54,535 nucleotides of DNA, from assembly GCA_040508335.1 (NCBI GenBank), contig JBEVMZ010000011.1, positions 1-54,535 of the forward strand, read 5' to 3'. This DNA is from Sphingobium sp. Its GTDB lineage: Bacteria > Pseudomonadota > Alphaproteobacteria > Sphingomonadales > Sphingomonadaceae. Each line of letters opens with the position of its first letter. Position 1 is the stretch's first letter. The notes beneath the pieces are model-generated. The model had not been told where the DNA came from, did not search any database, and was given only the letters and a program-made list of their open reading frames with translations. The position numbers and the translations under genes are program-made. Of this stretch, positions 29,965 to 37,906 are shown piece by piece.

Positions 29965-30947
29965 GCCGTCGCCGCCCGCGCCGCCGTTTGGGCGAGCGCC
30001 ATATCGATCAGCACGCCACCGCCGTCGTGGATCGCCTCCAGCGCCGCGCGCGCCGCCCCCAGCCCGGTCAGCGGATCGGCTAACGCGTCGCCTGCAAAGA
30101 CCGGGCGGCCGCCCTGCCAGTCGACCAGCCCGCCCGCCACCGCCGCGTCATCGCCAAAGCCGGTGCGCAGCCCCGCCGCGCCGCTCCAGCCATGGCCGGT
30201 GATCGCTATCCAGATCGCATGCGGCTTCATCGCAAACAGCGCGTCGGGACCAAGACCCAGCGCCTCGAATGCACGGGGGCGGGCACTGGTGACGATGATG
30301 TCCGCCTGCGCCATCAGCGGCCGCAGGGCAGCGGCGGTGAAGGCAATGCTTTCGCGCCGCTTGAGCCCGTTCAGGCGGGCGTCATGCGCAGGTGCGGAGC
30401 GCGCGAGCGGATCGGGGCGCGTCATGCTCTCGACTTTGCGCACCTCATGCCCGGCCTGTGCGAGCAGGCCGGCGCATAGCGGTCCGGCCCAGAGCGTGGA
30501 CAGGTCGAGGACCAAGAGCGTCTTTCCTAAAGGCCCCTTTCGCGCACCCGCCGGTCGAAGGCGGGGCGGGGGGGAGGGGGCGGCTTCGCCCAGCCGTGCG
30601 ACAGCCAGACCCAGCAACGCGCCATGCGCTACGAATTCGGCGGCTGGCTCCGAGCGCGCCGCCGCCTCGACCGCGGCCCAGGGCGGATCGCCAAAGGCGC
30701 AGCCGGTCCAGGCGGGAACGAGATCGAAATCGTCCTCCCTGGGAAGATTGGCCGCGATCCAGCCGTCCGCCGCGCGGAGGATTCGACAGCTGCCGTTGGC
30801 GGACACCGGGCCAGGCGGCGCGAGTGGAATGGCGTCGGACCGGTCGAGCAGAGCTGCGGCGTCGAGCGCCACCCGTCCGTCAGTCAGCGCCGCGATCGCC
30901 TGAACATCCCGCGCCGCTGCGGCCAGTGCCGCTGCCATCCCGTTCAT
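29961..30947 (-). CDS. Family III CoA-transferase-like protein, apparently circularly permuted
   Basis: The canonical N-terminal motif GPL...VLDLSTLWAGPLC...GHEVRKVES starts only at aa ~138; the small-domain motif RAADGWIA comes before it. Confidence 0.8.
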   Translation of the reverse strand: MNGMAAALAAAARDVQAIAALTDGRVALDAAALLDRSDAIPLAPPGPVSANGSCRILRAADGWIAANLPREDDFDLVPAWTGCAFGDPPWAAVEAAARSEPAAEFVAHGALLGLAVARLGEAAPSPPPRLRPAGARKGPLGKTLLVLDLSTLWAGPLCAGLLAQAGHEVRKVESMTRPDPLARSAPAHDARLNGLKRRESIAFTAAALRPLMAQADIIVTSARPRAFEALGLGPDALFAMKPHAIWIAITGHGWSGAAGLRTGFGDDAAVAGGLVDWQGGRPVFAGDALADPLTGLGAARAALEAIHDGGGVLIDMALAQTAARAATA

Positions 30948-31948
30948 GCCGCTTCCAGCGCGGTCAGCAGGCCCCAGGCGAGTGCCGTGGCACCGTCGAT
31001 GCGCCGTCCTGTCAACAGCATCGCGGCGGTGCGGTGTCGGCCGATGGCGCGGGGCAGGGTAACCGTGCCGCCAGCGCCTGGCATCAGTCCCATGGTAAGC
31101 TCAGGCAGTTGGAAGAACACGCCGGTCCGGCCGATCCGGTGCGGCGCGGCAGCGGCTATCTCTATGCCCGATCCGATGCAGGCACCATGCAGGAGCACCT
31201 GTGCCCGTTCGCCAAGCCGATGAAGGAGCAGCGCGCAGGAGCGGGCCGTGCGGATCGCATGGGCGTTGGCGAGGTCGCTGGCGGTGCCGAACTCGTCAAG
31301 ATCGCCACCGGTGGAAAAGCAGGCGCCGCGCCCCGACAGACATACCGTGGGCCGGCTCGGGTCGTCCAGGACCGCCGCCAGCGCGTCGAACAGGGCGTCG
31401 CGCATCCCGGCGCACATGCCGTTGCGCCTGTCGGGGCGGGCAAGGTCGATCGTGACATGATCGTCCTCCCGCGCGATCTCGACAAAGGCGGTGGATGGAT
31501 GGGCGACAGGGGCTCCGCGGGCATGATCATGTCGCCATCGATGAAAGGCAGCGCCCCCGAGCAACGCTGAATAACCCAGAGATTCGAGATGGATGGCGTC
31601 GCCAAATGATAGAGTTTCTTCGATACGCAAGACGCGCATCGCCGTGCAGGCGGCGACGGGAGCGGCCGCGACGATTGCCGCTATCCTGGCCAGACGGTCC
31701 TCCCAGCGGCTGGCCGGCACCGCGACCCACGGCCGAGGCGGTGCGGAAGCGGTCGTCAGCAGCGCATCGAAGGGAGCGGGATCGACAGCCGGGAGCCGGC
31801 CGGTCGGATCGAGCCCTATTATAACCGCCTGGCTATGCGTCGCCATCGCCTCGGCCTCCACAGCGGCGCCGGGCGCGCAGGCATCTGTCAGCCATAGCGG
31901 CCGGTCGCCCAACGGGCCGAACCTTTCGGCTTCCAGCGTATCGATCAT
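30944..31948 (-). CDS. Crotonase-family protein, apparently permuted or half-duplicated
   Basis: Core LARPDRRN, FSTGGDL, GACIGSGIE, LPELTMGLMPGAGG at aa ~155-334; ends at ALAWGLL without the C-terminal helices. Confidence 0.82.
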   Translation of the reverse strand: MIDTLEAERFGPLGDRPLWLTDACAPGAAVEAEAMATHSQAVIIGLDPTGRLPAVDPAPFDALLTTASAPPRPWVAVPASRWEDRLARIAAIVAAAPVAACTAMRVLRIEETLSFGDAIHLESLGYSALLGGAAFHRWRHDHARGAPVAHPSTAFVEIAREDDHVTIDLARPDRRNGMCAGMRDALFDALAAVLDDPSRPTVCLSGRGACFSTGGDLDEFGTASDLANAHAIRTARSCALLLHRLGERAQVLLHGACIGSGIEIAAAAPHRIGRTGVFFQLPELTMGLMPGAGGTVTLPRAIGRHRTAAMLLTGRRIDGATALAWGLLTALEAA

Positions 31949-32002
31949 GGACGGGAGGTGACCCCGGACGCCGCCGGGGTCAAGTCCTGCCGTCGGGTAC
32001 GG

Positions 32003-33505
32003 TCAGGCCGCGACGCCCTTGCTCATTTCGGACTTGAGCACGCGGCGAAGCAGCTTGCCGGTCTCATTATAGGGCAGCTCTTCGCGAAAATCCCAATTTT
32101 CCGGCGTCTTGGTGGAGCGGAGCCGCGACTTTACCCAATCGGCCAGTTCCTCGACGCTGGGGACGTCCCCGTCGCATACCAGCGAGCAGGCGACCCGTTC
32201 GCCCCAGCCGTCATCGGGCAGGCCATAAACGGCAACGTCGCGCACGCGCGGATGGAGGCGCAGTACATCCTCGACCTCACCGGGCGAGATATTCTCGCCG
32301 CCCCGAACGATCACGTCGTCCAGCCGGCCCTCGACGAAGAGATAGCCTTCTTCGTCCAACCAGCCCGAATCGTTCGTCGCGAACCAGCCGTCGTCGGACA
32401 GCATCTTCTTGTGCAGATATTCACCGGCGACCTGCTCGCCGCGCACATAGACCTCGCCAGATTCGCGGGGGCCCAGTACGGTCGTGCCGTCGGCGCCGCG
32501 GATTTCCAGTTCCAGCGAGGGCAGCGGCCGACCGACGGACCCCAGCCGCGCGCGCACATGCGCATCGTCGGACGAGAAGGCGGCGCGATGGTCTTCCGGG
32601 CCCAACACCGAAATGGTGGAACTCGTCTCGGTCAGACCGTAAGCGTTGACGAAATCGACCTGCGGCAATTTCTTAATCGCCCGCTCGATCACCGATTGCG
32701 GCATCCGGCCTCCGCCATAGGAAAGCGCGCGCAGGTGGGGCAGGTCGATGTCCATCCGCTCCATTTCGTCCAGAATGCGTGCCAGCATGGTCGGCACGAC
32801 CATGGCGTGCGTCACCTTTTCAGCATGGGCGAGCTGCACCCAGGCATCGGGAGCGAAGCTGTGCAGATAGGCAATGCGCCGGCCCGAATAGGTGCCGGTC
32901 AGCACTGCGGAGATGCCGGCGATATGATAGGGCGGCACGCTGACCAGCGCGGCCTCTTCTTCGCCAGCGCCCATGAACTCGACGGTCGAGATGACGTAGG
33001 AGGTAAGGTTGCCGTGACGAAGCACCGCCGCCTTGGGATCGCCCGTGGTGCCGCTGGTGAACAGCAGGACGGCGATATCCTGGTCGACGAAGGGCAATTC
33101 CTCCTTATGATTATCCTCATCGTCGCAAGCCGCCTCGAAGGCTTCGCGGGTCACGATGGTGACGCCATCGATCCCATGCACGCGCGCGGCCATGTTGCCG
33201 TCCGCAATGACGATCGACGGAGCAGTGCGCGCGACCAGCTTGCGCAGGTCCTCGTCGGCCAACCGGTAGTTGACCGGCGCGAAGGGCTTTCCGGCAAGTC
33301 CGGCTGCGAACAAGGCCAACGGGAAGGCTGGGCCGTTATGACCCAGGAAGACGACCGTATCACCTTTCAGTCGATGGAATAACGCCGCGCCGCCTTTTGC
33401 CCGGTGAAAGGCGTCAGCATAGCTAAGGGTGCCTTCGACAGTGGTATAGGCTTCGCGGTCGCCTATCGTTTCCGCCGCCATTTCCAGAAGGAGTTGGGTC
33501 TGCAT
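32003..33505 (-). CDS. Class I adenylate-forming enzyme (acyl-CoA ligase-like)
   Basis: FTSGTTGDPK, YGLTE, TND, GRLDDVIVRGGEN, LPYNETGKLLR. Confidence 0.93.
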   Translation of the reverse strand: MQTQLLLEMAAETIGDREAYTTVEGTLSYADAFHRAKGGAALFHRLKGDTVVFLGHNGPAFPLALFAAGLAGKPFAPVNYRLADEDLRKLVARTAPSIVIADGNMAARVHGIDGVTIVTREAFEAACDDEDNHKEELPFVDQDIAVLLFTSGTTGDPKAAVLRHGNLTSYVISTVEFMGAGEEEAALVSVPPYHIAGISAVLTGTYSGRRIAYLHSFAPDAWVQLAHAEKVTHAMVVPTMLARILDEMERMDIDLPHLRALSYGGGRMPQSVIERAIKKLPQVDFVNAYGLTETSSTISVLGPEDHRAAFSSDDAHVRARLGSVGRPLPSLELEIRGADGTTVLGPRESGEVYVRGEQVAGEYLHKKMLSDDGWFATNDSGWLDEEGYLFVEGRLDDVIVRGGENISPGEVEDVLRLHPRVRDVAVYGLPDDGWGERVACSLVCDGDVPSVEELADWVKSRLRSTKTPENWDFREELPYNETGKLLRRVLKSEMSKGVAA

Positions 33506-33552
33506 TGTGCTTGCTGGCTTTCCTGAGGGGTCGTTGCGCGTTCGGCTGCGTG

Positions 33553-33861
33553 TCAGTCGGAGGCAGGAAGCGGCTTGGCGTCCTTGAGCTCGACCGGGCG
33601 GCCGTCGATTGCCAGCGATCCCGTGCCTGCCTTGCTGCCGAGCAGCTCGATGCCGCTTTCGGCGTCGACATAACGCTTGCCGACCGAAGTCCCGGCCGAA
33701 AAATCAGGGGAGATGGTCAGACCCTCGGGCGCGTCGGAGCCAAGCGCGACCATCGGATGCCCGCCGCATTCGAGCGATACTTCACCCTTGGGCGGACGGA
33801 CCACGACCACTTCGGTCGTATCGACGGCGCTCCTCCAGCGCGATCCGGGCTTGACCTGCAT
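33553..33861 (-). CDS. Small hypothetical protein (102 aa) with an internal duplication, desulforedoxin-like
   Basis: GGGGAG RBS; two repeats, GSRWRSAVDTTEVVVVRPPKGEVSLECGGHPMV and GKRYVDAESGIELLGSKAGTGSLAIDGRPVE; tail KPLPASD; co-oriented with the ligase. Confidence 0.8.
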   Translation of the reverse strand: MQVKPGSRWRSAVDTTEVVVVRPPKGEVSLECGGHPMVALGSDAPEGLTISPDFSAGTSVGKRYVDAESGIELLGSKAGTGSLAIDGRPVELKDAKPLPASD

Positions 33862-34317
33862 CTTCATACTCCCCTGGGCGCACGTCGGCGCCCTTGCGTT
33901 GACATCAGTCCGTACCCCTCGGGGTCGCACCATCGCCCACGCATGGGCGAAGCAGGCCGCTTTTGCAACATGGCGCAGCGGCTTTCCGCAACGGACTCTA
34001 ATAACTGACGCCTCGTCAGCCTGGCGGCTATATACGGACGGCGCGACTTATGTAAACAAGTGAGCGAACTGCAGCGAACGACCCGCACACAATGTTGAAC
34101 GGCGGCTGCGGGATGCAACAGCCTGCGCAATTTTAGGATGCGAAGCGCGACAGTGGCTCGATGCTGGACTTCGCGGGCCAGGCCGTCGCACCAATGCACG
34201 ACGACCATGGCTGGCAGGCAGGGAGCGCTTAGCGCCGTGCCGACCAATCACGGCAAGTCCGACCGACAGCCCATATATGCGTAAGCCGGGACATTTTCCT
34301 GGCTTTTGGCATGACAG

Positions 34318-34348
34318 TCGTCCCGTTCACTCAAGGGGAACGGGACGA
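34318..34348. terminator. 11-bp stem hairpin downstream of the SDR (possible terminator; no clear U-tract)
   Basis: TCGTCCCGTTC-N9-GAACGGGACGA, 20 nt past the stop at 34369. Confidence 0.45.
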
Positions 34349-34368
34349 TTAGGACGGAGGCCGCCGCT

Positions 34369-35124
34369 TCAGGCGCCTGCGGACAGTGTCGCGCGCACCT
34401 CGATCAGATCGACGTTGACGTCGGCAGGCAGCGAAAGGACATTGGCCAATGCCTGTGCCATCGACTGGGGCTGTGCCGCCGCCCCGCTGAAAGCGACGTG
34501 GCCGGTGCGCTGGATCGTCGCCAGAAAAGCCTGACCCACTTCGGGGTCCCAATCGGCCGCGCCCGATCCGCCCGCGACGGAGCCCGAACGCAAGATGGTC
34601 GAGCGGATGCCGGCGTCGCGCAGTTCTTCGCGCATGGCGGCGGTCAGCGTTTCCAGCCCGCCCTTGGTCGCGGCATAGACCGACAGATAGGGGTAGGGCA
34701 TCCGCACAGACTCGCTGGAGACCGAGACGATCGTCCCCTTCGTCGCGCGCAGATGCGGGATCGCCGCCCGGATACACCAGATCGGCCCCAGCAGATTGAT
34801 GCCGACATGCTGCTCGATCTGCTCGGGCCGCGCGTCTTCGAGCCGGAACGGGTGAAAGATCGCGGCATTGTTGACCAGGAAATCGAGCTTGTCGAAATGC
34901 TCTACCGTGCGTGCGACAGCGGCGTCGACCTGGTCCATGTCGCGCACGTCGCAGGGGATGACGAGGACATCATCGCCCAGTTCGCGTGCCAGCGAGTCAC
35001 TTTCGGGCGAGGGACGAGCGAAACATGCGATCTTCGCCCCGGCGGCGATCAGCGTCGTGACGAAATGCCGGCCCATCCCCTTGGAGCCGCCCGTGATGAT
35101 CCCGACCTTGCCTTCGACGCTCAT
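34369..35124 (-). CDS. SDR oxidoreductase
   Basis: TGGSKGMG, VNNAA, YAATK; AAAGGA RBS. Confidence 0.9.
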   Translation of the reverse strand: MSVEGKVGIITGGSKGMGRHFVTTLIAAGAKIACFARPSPESDSLARELGDDVLVIPCDVRDMDQVDAAVARTVEHFDKLDFLVNNAAIFHPFRLEDARPEQIEQHVGINLLGPIWCIRAAIPHLRATKGTIVSVSSESVRMPYPYLSVYAATKGGLETLTAAMREELRDAGIRSTILRSGSVAGGSGAADWDPEVGQAFLATIQRTGHVAFSGAAAQPQSMAQALANVLSLPADVNVDLIEVRATLSAGA

Positions 35125-35246
35125 GCCTGTCCTTTCTCATTGTCGTGCCCCCGGCGGGCGATCGCTGAAGCCAGTCCGGGACAAACGCCTTTGGCGCATC
35201 TTCCCGGGCCATTGCAATCAGCTTATGCTTGATGAAGAAGGGCGCC

Positions 35247-35657
35247 ATGACCCAAGACACCGTCGACGCATCGCTCCTGTCCGATGCGGCCTCGCCCGAT
35301 CCTGCCATCGACCGGATACTCGACGCCGCGCTGCCGTGCATCCTGACGAAGGGGTTCGACGCGCTGACGATACGCCTGGGCCGTGCGCGCCGTGACCATA
35401 TCCGTCCGATAGCGGCCGGCGGCGGGACGCTGGGCGCCGACATATTTGGGGAGATGCTGCGCTTTGCGCATGCGCAACGCTGGCTGCTGCGCATCGAAAG
35501 CTTTGCCGAAGCGGCGGCGCTGAAAGTGCGTGTCCGCCGAGTTCTCATGCCGCTATTCCTGCGCACGCAGCTTGCTGCGCCGCGTGCCGATCTGGCCGCG
35601 CGGCTCTTCGCCTTAGTGCGCATCGAGCGCGGGGCAGGACGGAGTATTTTCGCATGA
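35247..35657 (+). pseudogene. TetR-family regulator with an internal deletion through the HTH
   Basis: RILDAALPCILTKGFDALTI is followed by unrelated sequence instead of ..IA..AGVSR.T.Y..F; the C-terminal LKVRVRRVLMPL resembles LRCRLRYFVLPV of the TetR at 15334. Confidence 0.62.
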
Positions 35658-36484
35658 AAAAGCCCCTGTTCGATCTGCACGGAACGCATAATCCCCACCG
35701 CTATTATCTCCCCGTCGTGCAGGACCTGTGCGTCGGCGCGATCGACCGGCAGTTCCTGTTCGGCGGCGTGGGGCTCGCCAGTGCGATCGAGGCGCTGGAG
35801 CGGACCTGCAAGCGGCCCGTCATATGGGCGACCGCGCAGTATCTGTCCTTCGCGCGCCCCGGCAGTGTGGTCGACCTCGACGTGCTGGTCCCGGCGGAAG
35901 GGCGGCAGACCAGCCAGGCGCGGTGCCTGCTGCACGTCGATGACAAGCAGATCGTCACCGTGCTGGCGGCGCTTGGAAACCGGGACGAAGCCCATGCCGG
36001 CCAATGGGTGGAAAAACCCGATGTGCCCATGCCCGATGATTGCCCGGCGGTCCAAAACTGGCGCGGCAACAAGGCGGGGCTCGACACCCGGTTCGAGATG
36101 CGGCTGGCGTCGGGACGGCTGTGGCACGGCGGACGCTTCCTCGGCACGGGCGAGCAGGGGCGGACACGTCTTTGGCTCCGATCGACCGAAGGACATGTCA
36201 GCGATTCAAAGATGTTGGCGGTCGCGGCTGACTTCGTGTCGAACGGCATCGGCCACGCGATCGGCCGGCATGCGGGCGGCAACAGCCTCGATAATACGAT
36301 CCGTTTCGTCAACGCCGCCAGCAGCGAATGGATGCTCTGCGACATCCATATCGAAGCGATCCATGCTGGCGTGGTGCATGGCACGATGCATCTTTTCACG
36401 CCCTCCGGCACGCTCATGGCGATCGCCAGCCAGTCGCTCATCCTGCGGCTGCACGCCGAACCGGCGGCAAATACCGGGGGGTAG
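35654..36484 (+). CDS. Acyl-CoA thioesterase (TesB-like)
   Basis: FLFGGVGL, WATAQYLSFA, ADFV, NSLDNTIRF, ASQS. Confidence 0.85.
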   Translation: MKKPLFDLHGTHNPHRYYLPVVQDLCVGAIDRQFLFGGVGLASAIEALERTCKRPVIWATAQYLSFARPGSVVDLDVLVPAEGRQTSQARCLLHVDDKQIVTVLAALGNRDEAHAGQWVEKPDVPMPDDCPAVQNWRGNKAGLDTRFEMRLASGRLWHGGRFLGTGEQGRTRLWLRSTEGHVSDSKMLAVAADFVSNGIGHAIGRHAGGNSLDNTIRFVNAASSEWMLCDIHIEAIHAGVVHGTMHLFTPSGTLMAIASQSLILRLHAEPAANTGG

Positions 36485-36542
36485 GTTTCGGCAGAAGCGG
36501 GACGCAACCTCTGCGCGCGCGCATTGGCGCACGCAGCCTTTT

Positions 36543-36683
36543 CTATCGCGCCCCGCCGATCCGGAAAAAGAGTTGCTTGTCCCGGACGGCGCAGATGTCG
36601 CCGGTCGGGAGCCTGCCCTCCGGATCGCGCATCTTGGCCCTTTCCTTACCGACATAGCCCAGCATCAGCGTGTCACCACGCAC
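36543..36683 (-). pseudogene. Relic: internal (A6-A7) fragment of an acyl-CoA ligase
   Basis: Manual translation VRGDTLMLGYVGKERAKMRDPEGRLPTGDICAVRDKQLFFRIGGAR*; compare VRGPNVMLGY...GWMHTGD in the ligase at 16056. Confidence 0.78.
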
Positions 36684-36768
36684 CTATCTAAAACCAGCTC
36701 TATTGGCGGCTGTCGCAGGCGCGAAGTCATGCCTCAAATCGACTGTCGACAAAATCGATGCCAGTATC

Positions 36769-36784
36769 TTGTACAGCTGTACAA
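36769..36784. promoter_or_regulatory. Perfect 16-bp palindrome, candidate TetR auto-operator
   Basis: TTGTACAGCTGTACAA, 42 nt upstream of the TetR start. Confidence 0.65.
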
Positions 36785-36826
36785 TCTAATTTACCGATGG
36801 TGGCAGGAGATGGACAGGAGAGTCGC

Positions 36827-37561
36827 ATGCCGACAGCGCAGGACGCCATGCCCGGCACTGCTGGCGACGCCCGTCGCGCGCGGGGGGAGGCGACGCGCCG
36901 GCGTCTGCTCGATGCGGCCGAGCATCTATTTGCCGATCGTGGTTTCAAGGCGGTGACCATGCGCGACATCGCGGCGGCGGCAGGCACGGAACTCAGTCTC
37001 ACCACCCATCATTTCGGATCCAAGCAGGCGCTTGCCGAGAAGGTGTTGATGCGCCGCGCAGACGAAGCGTTCGGCGCGGTGCTCGCCGCGTTGGATCAGG
37101 TGGAAGCGCATGGCGCCGTGTCACCAACGATGATCTTCGGCGCCTATGTCGGGACTTTCCTGACGGCGATCGAACGCGAGGACCCAGGCTGGACCAGCTA
37201 TATGAAGCTGATGCTGCGCCGCGCCGACGAGAGCAGCCAAGCCTATGCCGCCGATCAGCCGCTGATGCTGCATTATCGACCGGTCCGGCTCCGTTATATC
37301 GCCGCCTTGCGAGCAGCACAGCCCGGCACCGATTATGCATCTGCCGCCTTTGCCATGACGATGCTGGAAGGCGCTTTGGGTTACGCCTTGTTCGAACGCT
37401 CGCACCGCGCGTTCGATGACCCCGACAAGCGCCGCCGCCGCGCCGCGCTGCTGCTGCGGCGCCTCGCGCTGTTCCTGGCCGGCGGCTTCGAAGCGACGGG
37501 CGCACTTGAGGGGCCGGACAGTAAGACGACGGATCGACTGGAATTCGAAGCAACGAATTAG
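36827..37561 (+). CDS. TetR/AcrR family transcriptional regulator
   Basis: TRRRLLDAAEHLFADRGFKAVTMRDIAAAAGTELSLTTHHFGSK; AGGAG RBS. Confidence 0.9.
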   Translation: MPTAQDAMPGTAGDARRARGEATRRRLLDAAEHLFADRGFKAVTMRDIAAAAGTELSLTTHHFGSKQALAEKVLMRRADEAFGAVLAALDQVEAHGAVSPTMIFGAYVGTFLTAIEREDPGWTSYMKLMLRRADESSQAYAADQPLMLHYRPVRLRYIAALRAAQPGTDYASAAFAMTMLEGALGYALFERSHRAFDDPDKRRRRAALLLRRLALFLAGGFEATGALEGPDSKTTDRLEFEATN

Positions 37562-37637
37562 CGGCTGAAGAGGAGGGAACGATACCTTCCCGACCAGAAA
37601 AAATGAGAGGATGTACGATGCGGACGAAGGGCAGGGC

Positions 37638-37893
37638 ATGATGGCTACCAACAGCTGTTTGAGAAGCACGGCGGTCCAAGGCCATGTTCCCGTCGCGCTG
37701 GCGCGCGAATGGGATTTCGCCGCGCCCAAGAGGGGCAAGATGGATGCGTTGGGCGCGGCAGGGACCGCGTCTCGCGACAGCGGAATGGCCGGGCCGCGTG
37801 CCCCCCTTCCTGAGGGACCCGGTCAGCCGGCCCCGCACCTCAACCGGACTGTTCGGCGTGGATTACCTGCCGCTACTCTGGGCTATGCGCTGA
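37638..37893 (+). pseudogene. Cytochrome P450 relic: both termini kept, core deleted
   Basis: 5' stub GHVPVALAREWDFAAP; 3' stub in another frame RLATAEWPGRVPPFLRDPVSRPRTSTGLFGVDYLPLLW. Compare AHVPRHLVRD and IALEEWLSRIPMF...GLLSVRNLPLVW of the intact P450. Confidence 0.72.
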
Positions 37894-37906
37894 AAGGATT
37901 GTGACA

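Noticed and set aside
30560-30583. G-rich tract as a G-quadruplex or contingency locus
   Set aside because: Explained by the Pro-rich linker codons of the permuted CoA-transferase; the longest run is only 7.
33870-34310. About 440-nt gap upstream of the small-protein operon as a riboswitch or ncRNA
   Set aside because: I recognised no family motif or gene relic; an Rfam covariance search would be needed.
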